Origin: Nostoc sp. DedSLP01
GTDB lineage: Bacteria > Cyanobacteriota > Cyanobacteriia > Cyanobacteriales > Nostocaceae
Direction: 5' to 3'
Length of the DNA: 41,374 nt
Assembly (NCBI GenBank): GCA_034530875.2
Contig: JAVRCJ020000054.1
Span: forward strand, 1 to 41,374
In this document: positions 31,208 to 41,164 of the stretch, piece by piece
Layout of the letters: each line of letters starts with the position of its first letter
Numbering within the stretch: the stretch's first letter is position 1
Program-made: the position numbers and the translations under genes
The notes under the pieces: model-generated
Databases searched by the model: none
Told to the model about the DNA's origin: nothing
The model's input: only the letters and a program-made list of their open reading frames with translations

Positions 31208-31726
31208 ATGAAAAGTTTGAAACCTTTTATTTCTTTAATATTTCTAGCAGGATTTTGTCTTCCTAGTTATGGACTATCATCCGATATCAATCCTTCGAGA
31301 ATAGAAGACCAATTAATTGCTCAAGGTAGATATGAATATTTGAACAATAGAGTTAAAGCCACATTAAATACTGAATTCGATCTGAAGTATGGACAGATAG
31401 CTGACCTGAGAACTGGAGGTATTGAAATCAAATTTGCCAAAGTCATCAATGACTCTAGGTGTCCTTCTAATGTAACTTGCATTTGGCAAGGGCAAGTTAC
31501 TATTGAATTAGAAATCCTACAATATGGGAGAAAGGTCTCAACATTAAACCTAAATCTTATACCAGGCCGGGATGGTTTAGGCGTTAAATTTTTAGATAAA
31601 TATACGGTGAAATTAATACAGGTTTTACCTTACCCAAAAGCGGGACAGCAAATATTTCCCCAAAACTACATAGCTAAAATTGTTGTTACCAAAGAACGTC
31701 CCAGGAATCAAACCCCTAGCGAGTAG
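31208..31726 (+). CDS. Secreted hypothetical protein with a DSRCP-x4-CIW-x-G motif
   Basis: Signal peptide; DSRCPSNVTCIWQG and PYP motifs; ATG at 31208. Confidence 0.8.
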   Translation: MKSLKPFISLIFLAGFCLPSYGLSSDINPSRIEDQLIAQGRYEYLNNRVKATLNTEFDLKYGQIADLRTGGIEIKFAKVINDSRCPSNVTCIWQGQVTIELEILQYGRKVSTLNLNLIPGRDGLGVKFLDKYTVKLIQVLPYPKAGQQIFPQNYIAKIVVTKERPRNQTPSE

Positions 31727-32176
31727 AAACCTCTGTTTTCGGTTTCTGGACAAATGCTTCTAATCTTACTGGAAGCACTATGTGCGTAGGGAATCGTTGC
31801 TACTATCCTGATATCTGCATGTGCCGTTAAATATTCTTGTGGAATCTTGATGTCTTGTACAGCAGCATCAGAGGCGATCGCGCCCGATGTGCTTGTTGGC
31901 GATAAGTAAAACCATTCCATGAACCATGACAATTGCCAGATAGCGATCGCTGTTGCGTGCTTGAGTTCATTGCATGATAAACTGCACTACATCTTTGGCG
32001 ATGCAATGTGCTATGGGACTCACATTTGATTGCGTGAAAAAAATCAGTACATCCAGACAAGGCTTCTGTCCTACTCCCTACTCCCCATTCCCTACTCCCT
32101 GTCTATACAAAAAAATTCTCTAAATCAAATCGGATTCCTCTATCTGTTCGTTCCACTTCATCTAATATCCACATTT

Positions 32177-32587
32177 ATGAACATCGACCGATTCCAGGAA
32201 CTCAAGCAAAAACTGACCTTAGAAGCAGACTTGTCTAATATCTGGTTATTTTATATGGATCGTTTTGCGGAGCAGCCAGAATTTATTGAACTGGGTGAGC
32301 CTAATTATAATCAATACCTAAATAATGTCCTCCAAAAAACTTGTCAGCAAATGTTTGGTAGAGCAGTAAAAATTACTGACTTTTTTTCAATTTACATTGC
32401 AGAGCATCATTTTTTTCATGCTCCTTTCCAAGTTGAACGACGTATCGGAGGTGTAATTTATTTCGAGGATATAAAAGTTGGGTTAATTGCCGTGTCGGCA
32501 GATTATCCTCCTACAGATGCGGTTAAGTATTCACGTTTTTCTGAGGTGATGCAATTGCCAACACCTAATCGCAACGACCTCAATTGA
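32177..32587 (+). CDS. Hypothetical protein (136 aa)
   Basis: Plausible globular composition from ATG 32177. The upstream extension in the ORF track runs through an STRR tract. Confidence 0.75.
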   Translation: MNIDRFQELKQKLTLEADLSNIWLFYMDRFAEQPEFIELGEPNYNQYLNNVLQKTCQQMFGRAVKITDFFSIYIAEHHFFHAPFQVERRIGGVIYFEDIKVGLIAVSADYPPTDAVKYSRFSEVMQLPTPNRNDLN

Positions 32588-32863
32588 AATCATAGCAACG
32601 CACAGGGGACTTACAACAAGTGCGATCGCCAGAATGAATTATACCGTTTCACTTTCAGATTGATACACATAGCAAGCAGGGGAAGGGAAAAGGGGAAAGG
32701 GGAAAGGTTAAAGGGAAAAGGAGGGATCTTGCCCTTTTCCTTTTCCCTTTTGATATCGCGTCCGGTTAAAGACTTATCATTTAGACCGCAAGGAGCAGGA
32801 GTAAAGAGGCTTTTGGGTTTTTGCAAAGATGCATTAATTATAAGTGGTTAACCGGACTTGATA

Positions 32864-34360
32864 TCATTTATTACTTCTTTTAACTCCTGCCCAAACGGTA
32901 AGTGGTTGTCCTACTTGTTTGTAGAGTAAACTTTCTAAAATCACGCCATTATTATTGGCTGTCAAACTTTTATTAGGCTGACGCAGAGATTCATAGAAAC
33001 CGTTATACCAACCATCTTTTGATTTGAGGTTTCCTTGAACGAAATCAAATAATTGGCGGGTGTAAGCAGTGTTATAAAGCACATGCCAACCTACTGCTGC
33101 CTTAGCACTTAAAAAGCGTAAATCGTTACGCTGTTGTCGAGTGTCTGTGATGGTAGCCCAAGGCTCTCCGTTGACAAACAAACTGCTATAAACAAAGTAA
33201 GGAGGGCGATCTAAGTTGTCTTCGGTGACGGCAGTTAATTGTTTTGTTGCTTGATAGCGAGATTCTTGAGCAGCTAAAATTCTATCGGCGTAGGCTTTGG
33301 GCAAAGCTTGAAATCCAGTTTCAATACCATCTAATATATAAGGTTCGCTCAGAACGTAGTTATTAGCTTCAGATTTTTTATAGTCTCGTCGGTCGTAAGG
33401 AATTCCTTGCCCGTAAAGATTTACAAAGGCAGTATTCGACTGATAATCCAAGGCTTTTTTAACATCCAAGCCCCAAAGCTTCAGACCATAAGCAGCATAA
33501 TTTTCGTAGCCCAAGCGTCCTTCTTGGTTGTATTGCTCTTTACCTTTGATAACACTAGTACCGTACATTTGGCCTTTTTGGGTAAGACGCTTGACTTGCC
33601 AATGTTTCCAAACGTCACTCGAGAGCGATTCCATTTGCGGATATTTTGCACCAACAATCTTGAGCCAGATTGCCATCCGTCCCAAATCAATGGCAGACCA
33701 ACCAATTTCTTCACGTTTTTCTAGTTGACCGTAATTAACGGGTACGAGGGTTTTTGCGTTGTAGACCTTGTTGGGTAGTTCTTCTTTATATAACGGCACA
33801 GATGCCAGTGTTTTCAACATTTTGGTCATTTTGGCTTCAAACTCAGCCGCAGACACTATATTGAGTTCTCGCGCACTGACTAAGGCGGCGATCGCTGCTG
33901 CCTGATCCCACATAGTCACAGAAGCAAAGCCATCAGCTGAATTAACCAACCCAGTTTCATCATTCCAGTTGCGCTGGAAATACGACCAAGCCTGACGAGC
34001 AGTTGCAATCTCTTGTTTGGTTAACGAACCAGCACCGGGAGCAACATAAGGAGTGATGGCTATGGTTAATTGATTGGGAGGAATGGGATCGCCTGATAAA
34101 ACTACAGATGTAGCGTCAAGCTTGGCAATTGTTTCAGCTTCTTGAGCAGTAAAAGGAGTGTGTTTTGTGGGTTCCTTTGGTTGTGATAGCTCTCGTGAAG
34201 CTGTTTCGGATGTTGAGATTTCAGGTTTTTGTAGAGAACTTTGAGAAAGTTGCTTAGACCAAAAATTAAAACAAGCGATCGCCACCACAGCCGTCACAAT
34301 TCCTCCTACAGAAGCCAGTACGGACAAGCTTTTAGGCGGCGGTTGAAAATCAGAACTCAT
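32864..34360 (-). CDS. DUF3131 domain protein (membrane-anchored, glucan-processing-like)
   Basis: AWSYFQRN, TMWD, LPNKVYN, GWSAIDLGR, EGRLGYENYAA and TANNNGVILE motifs; N-terminal TM anchor. Confidence 0.85.
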   Translation of the reverse strand: MSSDFQPPPKSLSVLASVGGIVTAVVAIACFNFWSKQLSQSSLQKPEISTSETASRELSQPKEPTKHTPFTAQEAETIAKLDATSVVLSGDPIPPNQLTIAITPYVAPGAGSLTKQEIATARQAWSYFQRNWNDETGLVNSADGFASVTMWDQAAAIAALVSARELNIVSAAEFEAKMTKMLKTLASVPLYKEELPNKVYNAKTLVPVNYGQLEKREEIGWSAIDLGRMAIWLKIVGAKYPQMESLSSDVWKHWQVKRLTQKGQMYGTSVIKGKEQYNQEGRLGYENYAAYGLKLWGLDVKKALDYQSNTAFVNLYGQGIPYDRRDYKKSEANNYVLSEPYILDGIETGFQALPKAYADRILAAQESRYQATKQLTAVTEDNLDRPPYFVYSSLFVNGEPWATITDTRQQRNDLRFLSAKAAVGWHVLYNTAYTRQLFDFVQGNLKSKDGWYNGFYESLRQPNKSLTANNNGVILESLLYKQVGQPLTVWAGVKRSNK

Positions 34361-34740
34361 TGGGATTAAAGCCTCTTTTTATGAATTACAGTTGCTTGCG
34401 TAATCTCGCCAGAGCCTATTGTTCCCAACTTTGAAATCTGATTAACGTAATTTTACGCTGATAGCTGTAAGTAAAAATATTAGTCCCGAGTCCCCAGCCT
34501 CTTTACCAAAGCCAGGGATATTTCAGGGTGCTTATCTTGGTTGATGGGTAGCAATTTTAGCTTGCTCCATCTAACCAATACAAAGCTCCTATGCACTCTG
34601 CACATAGGTCAAACAACTCATCGACACCTTAATGAGGGGTGCGGCACATCTTGCTTAATTTTTGTAAGAATAATGGCGATGGGGTCGTTGCCTGTAGTAG
34701 GTTATTACCTCAAGCAACGTTAGTACCAAAGCAAATAGGT

Positions 34741-34920
34741 TTATTTAAAACGTCTTTTGCGTCTAGCTGCCACTGCCTTACGTTTGCGTTTTTCCAACGG
34801 TGTTTCAAAGTGCCGATGATATTTTACGTCAGCCAATATACCAGCTTTGGAAACCTGGCGTTTAAACCGACGTAAAGCTGAGTCTATTCCTTCGTTCTCT
34901 CCTAGAACAACCTGGGTCAT
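34741..34920 (-). CDS. rpsU: 30S ribosomal protein S21
   Basis: [51 protein letters not shown] at 34920. Confidence 0.97.
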   Translation of the reverse strand: MTQVVLGENEGIDSALRRFKRQVSKAGILADVKYHRHFETPLEKRKRKAVAARRKRRFK

Positions 34921-35546
34921 TCTTGCCTTGTCCTCATAATCAATAGTTTCCATTGTAATAGTAGCCTCAACCTTAGTAAAACCCCCCCGAACAAAGCCAT
35001 AATTCCCAGGCTATTTGTTTGGTTGAGATTGTTTATGTGTGGTTAATGTCGAACATTTACTAGGAATACGTTCAACGATCGCTGCTAATAAATATGATGT
35101 TTTGGCTAAAAACCTATAAGTATGGAAAAAGCAAGATTTAGGCTATAAGTTTGATTAACAGCCTGTCTATAGTATTTGTATATTATTTTTAGTAGCTGAA
35201 CCTAATTGCAATCAGTTGATGGTGGAGTAATATATTAAATTATTTTTAATTTTCTCAGTAAATATACGTAAAAATTTTAGGTCGTGTGGAGATGTTAGCG
35301 TTAGTAAAGCGGATTACAGAAAGTAATCCTTGCCAGCGTGCGATCGAGGTGCTTTAATAGCGATCGCGTTCCGTAAAAGTTTCCTGGTTGCAGAATACAT
35401 AATAAGACACTCAGCAGTTCAATATATTAGATATTGCTGCTAGCCTTTATAAAATTACAGACTCAAAACATTTAACTCAAAGGTATGACAAGCTAGTAGC
35501 ATATCCTTGATATTAAATTCTCTCAAATAGCTAAATAGGAGCATAT

Positions 35547-36389
35547 ATGGAGCCAATCATTGCTATAGTCTTAGCCCTTATAGGTTATGCATTAGGTTCT
35601 GCAAAACTGATTAATCAAGGAAATGAAGCCCTAGTGGAACGCCTGGGACGGTATCATCGAAAACTTAAGCCAGGGCTGAACTTTATTGTTCCCTTGGTAG
35701 ATCAAATTGTCATGGAAGATACCACGCGAGAGCAGTTTATAGACATCAAACCCCAGAATGTAATTACCAAAGATAATATTTATGTAGAAGTAGACGCGAT
35801 CGTATACTGGCGGATTATAGATATTGAAAAAAGTTTTTACGCTATAGAAGACCTTCAAGGAGCATTGGTGCAGCTGGCTACAACCACACTGCGGGAAATT
35901 ATTGCTCAAAATACCCTAGAACAGACCAATGTCTCTAGAGCCGAAATGGACAGAGCAATCTTAGATCAATTGAATGAAATAACGGCAGATTGGGGAGTGC
36001 AAATTCTGCGGTTAGATCTTCAAAGAATTACTCTACCTGAGAGTGTACGCAAATCTAGAGAAGATGAGCAAGCTGCTGAAATCAAAAAACGGGCTTTGAT
36101 TACCGAAGCGGAAGGACAAAAGGAAGCCGCGATTCGCAAAGCAGAAGGAACAATGACTTCAGTTGAAATCATTGCTAAAGCCTTACGTTCCAATCCAGAA
36201 AGTAAGGAAATTCTCCGCTATCTCGTGGCTCAAGATTACGTCAAAGCTAGCCAACAACTCGGGGAAAGCACTAATGCCAAAATTGTCTTTGTAGACCCAG
36301 CCAACTCCACCGACATGTTCCAGGAGTTGATTGCTGAATCGGTGGCTCAAGAAGATCGCCCCAAAAACTCAGAAAACGGAAATACCTAA
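35547..36389 (+). CDS. SPFH/Band 7 (stomatin/paraslipin-like) protein
   Basis: N-terminal TM, LVERLGRY..L.PGLNFIVP, Q.VITKDN and WGVQILR motifs; GGAG RBS. Confidence 0.93.
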   Translation: MEPIIAIVLALIGYALGSAKLINQGNEALVERLGRYHRKLKPGLNFIVPLVDQIVMEDTTREQFIDIKPQNVITKDNIYVEVDAIVYWRIIDIEKSFYAIEDLQGALVQLATTTLREIIAQNTLEQTNVSRAEMDRAILDQLNEITADWGVQILRLDLQRITLPESVRKSREDEQAAEIKKRALITEAEGQKEAAIRKAEGTMTSVEIIAKALRSNPESKEILRYLVAQDYVKASQQLGESTNAKIVFVDPANSTDMFQELIAESVAQEDRPKNSENGNT

Positions 36390-36483
36390 AAGTAGCCGCA
36401 CTAGTAGCGCACCACCTACTACGAATAAAAGAAACACTTTCTTCCCCGACTCCCTACTCCCTACTCCCCACTCCCCATACTTC

Positions 36484-37344
36484 TTAAGAATCACGCTGTG
36501 CGGTTTGTCGAAATATTGCATCGGCTACCAGAGAAACATCATGCATTTCTTGGACATCGTGAACTCGGAGGATATCAGCGCCATTGGCGATAGCAGCACA
36601 ACAAGCTGCTGCGGTTCCCCAAACTCGTGCTTTGGGGTCTGGTTGATTGAGAATGCGACCAATGAAACTTTTACGAGATGCTCCTACTAAGATAGGACAG
36701 TTGAGTGACTTCAGCGATCGCAATTCCTGAAAAATTTGTATATTTTGTTCGTAATTCTTAGCAAAACCAATACCAGGATCGATAATCAATTTATCCCGGT
36801 CAACACCCGCAGCAGTTGCAGCCGCGATTTGTTTGTGCAAAAAACTCAAAATCTCTGCCATCAAATCCTGATAATCAGTCATCTTTTGCATGGTTTGTGG
36901 CGTTCCCCGGATGTGCATTAAAATAATCGGCACGCCCAAACTGGCCACCGTTGGCAACATTTCCGAATCAAAGCTACCGCCAGAAATATCATTGATCGTA
37001 TCTGCCCCAGCTTCTACAGATGCCCTGGCTACAGCCGCACGGGTAGTATCTACAGAAATGGGTACTGAAATTTCCGGTCTAAGTACCTTTAACACCGATA
37101 GCACCCGTTCCAGTTCCTCTTCCACAGTTATTTGTTTTGCCCCTGGTCGAGTTGATTGACCGCCTATATCGATAATGTCAGCACCAGCAGCCACCAATGC
37201 TTGCGCCTGAACTAAAGCCGCAGAGGTCGTATTATACTCACCTCCATCGCTAAAACTATCAGGCGTCACATTCAAAATGCCCATCAAATAAGTCCGCTGT
37301 CCCCACTCGAAACAGCGTCCCCGGATTATCAAGTTATTTGGCAT
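36484..37344 (-). CDS. folP: Dihydropteroate synthase
   Basis: MGILNVTPDSFSDGG, DIGGQSTRPG, DPGIGFAK, GASRKSF and ILRVHDV motifs. Confidence 0.97.
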   Translation of the reverse strand: MPNNLIIRGRCFEWGQRTYLMGILNVTPDSFSDGGEYNTTSAALVQAQALVAAGADIIDIGGQSTRPGAKQITVEEELERVLSVLKVLRPEISVPISVDTTRAAVARASVEAGADTINDISGGSFDSEMLPTVASLGVPIILMHIRGTPQTMQKMTDYQDLMAEILSFLHKQIAAATAAGVDRDKLIIDPGIGFAKNYEQNIQIFQELRSLKSLNCPILVGASRKSFIGRILNQPDPKARVWGTAAACCAAIANGADILRVHDVQEMHDVSLVADAIFRQTAQRDS

Positions 37345-37354
37345 AAAAAACAAG

Positions 37355-37533
37355 TCAGAATTCAGAATGGGCTACGCCCCGCTGCGCTAACAGAATTCAG
37401 AATTCAGAATATTTAAACTCAAAAATCAAAGCTAATACCAAAGACCATTTGTAGAGACGCGATTCATCGCGTCTTGATTCATCGCGTTTTGATTTGCGGC
37501 GCGGTCATTCCCATGCAGAGCATGGGAACGAGA
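37355..37533. repeat. Cluster of small dispersed repeats between tpiA and folP
   Basis: CAGAATT heptamers, GTAGAGACGCGATTCATCGCGTCT palindrome at 37451 with a partial tandem copy, and TTCCCATGCAGAGCATGGGAA palindrome. Confidence 0.75.
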
Positions 37534-37542
37534 AAAGGTACA

Positions 37543-38274
37543 TCAAAGTGATTTATAATTCACGATCCGGGCAAAACTCTCAGCTTCGAGACTTGCTCCT
37601 CCCACTAAAACGCCATCAATTTCTGGTTGAGCCATGATTTCATCAATATTATTCGGCTTGACCGAGCCACCATATTGAATTGATACATTTGGATTGCTCA
37701 ATTGACTACGAATTAAGCCAATTATTCGATTAGCTTCGACGGCTTCACAAGTATCACCAGTGCCAATTGCCCAAATTGGTTCGTAAGCTATCACCAAATT
37801 TTGTTGATCGATATCTACCAAACCTTTGTCGAGTTGGAGACTAATCAGTGATTCTGTTTCTCCCTTATCTCGTTGTTCTTTAGTTTCGCCAACGCACAAA
37901 ATTGGAGTCAAACCAAACCTTTGAGCTGTTCTGAGGCGCAGATTAACGGTGGCGTCTGTTTCACCGAAGTATTGACGCCGTTCGCTATGACCAATAATCA
38001 CAAAGCGCGCGCCAATTTCTGTCAGCATAGGGGCAGAAATCTCACCCGTGTAGGCTCCATATTCTTCCCAATGGACATTTTGCGCCCCCAGTTGTACGCG
38101 ACTACCATGTAAATTCCTCGACAAAACGCTGAGGTTAGTGAAAGGAGGGCACAATAGTACTTCACGTTCTTCAGGCGTTTCCTGTAGGTAGGGCAGAAAT
38201 CCTCGTAAAAAGTCTTCGGATTCTGCCTGGGTTTTGTACATTTTCCAGTTACCGGCAATAACTATTTTTCGCAC
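37543..38274 (-). CDS. tpiA: Triosephosphate isomerase
   Basis: [38 protein letters not shown] and LVGGASL motifs; GTG start at 38274 (TTG at 38289 is the alternative). Confidence 0.97.
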   Translation of the reverse strand: MRKIVIAGNWKMYKTQAESEDFLRGFLPYLQETPEEREVLLCPPFTNLSVLSRNLHGSRVQLGAQNVHWEEYGAYTGEISAPMLTEIGARFVIIGHSERRQYFGETDATVNLRLRTAQRFGLTPILCVGETKEQRDKGETESLISLQLDKGLVDIDQQNLVIAYEPIWAIGTGDTCEAVEANRIIGLIRSQLSNPNVSIQYGGSVKPNNIDEIMAQPEIDGVLVGGASLEAESFARIVNYKSL

Positions 38275-38315
38275 AGGTAATTTAGTCAAGATCTTAACGC
38301 TACTAGATGCATTTT

Positions 38316-39506
38316 TCAGTCTAGAACTTTTTGGGATGCAATCAGCATTTTAAATAAAAGCTTGACTGCTTTAATTGCTACACGCATTCTTACTAGCTTG
38401 ACCGGCTTACCGAATGACTTTTGAGTATCTAAGAATTTACCCAACTGTTTTAACAGTGGGTTTGTCCGACGGCGGGCGGGTTCGACTGCACTAAAAACCC
38501 ATTGCCAAAGCGATCGCCTACACAATGCAGAGCCACCGCTAACTTTAGACTTGGAGATATCACCGCTAGACTCCTGGGAGGGGGCAACGCCCAAAGCCTT
38601 CTGGAATCTCCTCAGCGACAAGTGGCGTTTAGTTGGTTTACCTGATTTTCTGCCTTTGCGAATCTTAATTTCAGGCTTACCATCTTCCCCTAAGAAATTT
38701 TCTAAGGGGAAGATTTGCGAGAGGATAACAGCTTGTACCCGGTTCCCAAAATTGAACTTTTTAAAAATCTCGCGGTAATTACGAAACCTCTCATCCATAA
38801 GGATTTGGAGCAATTCATCCTCTATTAGCTGTTCCTCGCGTTGCAAATTACAAATGCGCTGCGCGTGAAACCTAACCGAATCAGTTAACCCTAGTCCAGC
38901 GGTGGCAGCATAAATACGATCGTATTTTTTACTTTCCCTCTCCCCGGCTAACCATCCCCACATCAGTGGTACTTTTCCAGATCGGCGTTCTGATTGAACA
39001 AGTGCAATTTCTGGAAACTGCCAAGCTAAATCTTGTCTAGCGCGGTTGATGATTGGGGATTGTATTCGATTTAAGTGGTTAAGTCTAAGAACTAATTCCC
39101 TCATTCTCGAAACCAATTTGTCCTTAATTTGGACAAATCGACTTAATTCACTACCATAATCAAACTGGTAACAGGCAAGTGCTAGCGAGTCAGCGTCATC
39201 ATCTTTGTCGGGTAGACCAAGTTGATTTTCGCGGTAATTTCTCAGCTGCTTGTGTCCAACCAGACGAATTTCTACTCCAATACGGGTTAAGTGTTCAGTC
39301 CAAAACCTTGAATAGTTAACCCCAGTAGGTTCAATTATGGCAATTTCTGGCTTGAGTGCTATTAGCCCAGTTAACCCGGCGCAATTATTTTCAAACTTGT
39401 AAAATCGACATTCATAATAAAATTCTCTTGGAGATACGGGCTTTTCCAAAAGTAAGCAGCAAGAAACGCTAGACTTGGAAACATCCAACCCTACAACTCT
39501 AGTCAT
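38316..39506 (-). CDS. IS110-family DEDD recombinase/transposase (bridge recombinase), intact
   Basis: RuvC-like DEDD residues in GLDVSK, IEPTG and KDDDAD; coiled-coil linker; Tnp domain [11 protein letters not shown] with the catalytic Ser, G...CRRSL and GKPVK..RVAIK; GAGGAG RBS at 39515-39520. Confidence 0.92.
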   Translation of the reverse strand: MTRVVGLDVSKSSVSCCLLLEKPVSPREFYYECRFYKFENNCAGLTGLIALKPEIAIIEPTGVNYSRFWTEHLTRIGVEIRLVGHKQLRNYRENQLGLPDKDDDADSLALACYQFDYGSELSRFVQIKDKLVSRMRELVLRLNHLNRIQSPIINRARQDLAWQFPEIALVQSERRSGKVPLMWGWLAGERESKKYDRIYAATAGLGLTDSVRFHAQRICNLQREEQLIEDELLQILMDERFRNYREIFKKFNFGNRVQAVILSQIFPLENFLGEDGKPEIKIRKGRKSGKPTKRHLSLRRFQKALGVAPSQESSGDISKSKVSGGSALCRRSLWQWVFSAVEPARRRTNPLLKQLGKFLDTQKSFGKPVKLVRMRVAIKAVKLLFKMLIASQKVLD

Positions 39507-39530
39507 TTTGTTTTCTCCTCTAGGGTGTTG

Positions 39531-39797
39531 ATTGTGTCAAAAAGCTTGTGAATCACCCAAAGGCCCGCACAGCCTGATTCAGTCTCAAAGCAATCCCAGT
39601 GCTGTAAACGCTGGGAGACACAATTAAAAAACACAGGAGTAGCCGAGCTTATGAAAAATGAAAAGCCATAAGCTTAATTCACTGTAAAAACCCTAAGCTA
39701 CTTGTGTTATTTGCGGAACTGTTTTGGACACAACCCGCGACTCTGGGTAATCCCAGAGTTTCGGCTACTGTGTCAGGTAGCCCGCGCATGTGGCGCG
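39531..39797 (-). ncRNA. Candidate bridge/seek-type guide RNA upstream of the IS110 recombinase
   Basis: Near-continuous stems: 39531-38/39617-24 enclosing 39549-55/39575-81 and 39594-99/39611-16; 39630-43/39697-708 enclosing 39646-53/39667-74; 39740-47/39752-59; 39763-68/39777-82; 39783-87/39793-97. The position matches the IS110-group non-coding RNA. Expression is not shown. Confidence 0.65.
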
Positions 39798-39831
39798 ATC
39801 GCAATTTGAAAAACTGCAATTCATCAGGCGG

Positions 39832-40062
39832 TTATTCAGTTTCAATTTTTGGCAGTGTTGAATTTAAAGTCTTGAGAATTTTTGATATATGTTCTTCAAC
39901 ATATTCATTTTCTGGAACGGTTTCTTCCTCAAAGTGTGAAATTTCCTCAATGAGTTGATTGAGTTGAGATTTGGCTTTTAATAACGTGTGATAAGTGATG
40001 TAATAGCCCCAAGATGGATCTGGTTCGGGAATGTTCTTAGTTTCGGAATTTTTATTAGTCAT
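39832..40062 (-). CDS. Small hypothetical protein (mobile-element cargo)
   Basis: 76 aa from ATG 40062, helical, 7 bp after the previous gene. Confidence 0.65.
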   Translation of the reverse strand: MTNKNSETKNIPEPDPSWGYYITYHTLLKAKSQLNQLIEEISHFEEETVPENEYVEEHISKILKTLNSTLPKIETE

Positions 40063-40069
40063 AAATTGT

Positions 40070-40354
40070 TTAAGCCTCACGTTGTTCTAGAAATTGCAAT
40101 GCACCTGCAAGAATTTCCATTCTTTTAATGTCAGTAAGCTCATAATCAGTCATACTGATTATTGGATAATCACGCCGTTTGTACCTTAATTTCAGATGCC
40201 TGATGTGCATGGGTGGATATCCAAACGCACCTGGAATAATTTGTTCGCGAACTATTAAAACTCTTTTCTCTTCTGGAATTTCTTCGGAAGAAAAACCGTG
40301 TTTAGCTTCTTTGTCTAAATCGTAATAAACGATGTAATCTATTTTTTTGCTCAT
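40070..40354 (-). CDS. Small hypothetical protein (mobile-element cargo)
   Basis: 94 aa; ATGA overlap with the upstream gene at 40351-40354. Confidence 0.75.
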   Translation of the reverse strand: MSKKIDYIVYYDLDKEAKHGFSSEEIPEEKRVLIVREQIIPGAFGYPPMHIRHLKLRYKRRDYPIISMTDYELTDIKRMEILAGALQFLEQREA

Positions 40355-40614
40355 CTTCGGTTTTTTAAACGGTGATTATTACAATTGCAACGTTGCTCTA
40401 GGAGTGCTATGGCATCAACCCAAGCTTGCATAATTACTGTGGCATTCTCGCGCTTAAAAGCTTGCTTATCGCCGTTATGCCAGGTAACGATCGCAACAGG
40501 ATAACCGTGTGTTGCCTCGTCATATTCAAGTTGGCGAATTTGGGCCAGATTTATCCACCCGGCGCTGGGTGTTTTGCAGCTAAACACAGATGGGGTATTA
40601 ATAATGGTGTGCAT
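40351..40614 (-). CDS. Small hypothetical protein (phage/plasmid-like; GWINLAQIR motif)
   Basis: 87 aa, translationally coupled to the next ORF. Confidence 0.75.
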   Translation of the reverse strand: MHTIINTPSVFSCKTPSAGWINLAQIRQLEYDEATHGYPVAIVTWHNGDKQAFKRENATVIMQAWVDAIALLEQRCNCNNHRLKNRR

Positions 40615-40690
40615 GGTAAACTAATGCATGGTGAGCAATCCTGGCGATCGCAACTCCTCCATCACAAGCAATGCGATCGCTAATATTCAG

Positions 40691-40894
40691 TTAAAAATCC
40701 TCAACCTCTTGTCCTTGTTGGGGTGCAGGATTGCGAACGGCACCATAAAGCTGACCACTAACAAATGACATCAAGTGCTTGGCTTCAATTGCTGGATCGT
40801 CGCCTTCCTCAATAGTTGCAGTAGCCTGGAAAGTTTCGTTTTCAAAATTTCCCAGGTTTTTGACCCGTTTGTAAGTAATGGTTTCGATTTTCAT
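40691..40894 (-). CDS. Small phage-like hypothetical protein (KNLGNFENE motif)
   Basis: 67 aa; I.Y.R..NLGN(F/Y)E.E resembles small prophage early proteins (from memory, not searched). Confidence 0.75.
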   Translation of the reverse strand: MKIETITYKRVKNLGNFENETFQATATIEEGDDPAIEAKHLMSFVSGQLYGAVRNPAPQQGQEVEDF

Positions 40895-40978
40895 ATTTGT
40901 GTGCTATTTTTTACGTGCGAGGTAGCAATCCACAAAAAGCGATCGCTCTTGCGTTCTCCTAGCGATCGCTTTTGAAAC

Positions 40979-41164
40979 CTACCCTTGATTAGCTGGTTGG
41001 GGTTGATTGTCGAAAATCACATTAAATACCCCACCACCCATGCGGAGAATGCTTGCATAAGCATCGGCATCAGAGCGAGTACGAAATCGACAAACGCAAA
41101 CATTCTCACCAGTGGGCTTGCGTTCAAAAATTGCCCACGGTCTAATCTCATCGCGGTAAGTCAT
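40979..41164 (-). CDS. Small cyanobacterial mobilome-type protein (PW...RFR.R.DA motif)
   Basis: 61 aa, MTYRDEIRPWAI..RFRTRSDADAY..VIFD; resembles a recurrent cyanobacterial small-protein family. Confidence 0.75.
   Translation of the reverse strand: MTYRDEIRPWAIFERKPTGENVCVCRFRTRSDADAYASILRMGGGVFNVIFDNQPQPANQG

Noticed and set aside
39507..39831. Possible CRISPR- or TIGR-like repeat-spacer array upstream of the IS110 gene
   Set aside because: No regularly spaced direct repeats; only inverted stems and one duplicated 7-mer.
39704..39958. 84-aa plus-strand ORF over the structured region
   Set aside because: GTG start without a clear RBS, antisense to the gene run, overlapping both the stems and a more plausible ORF.
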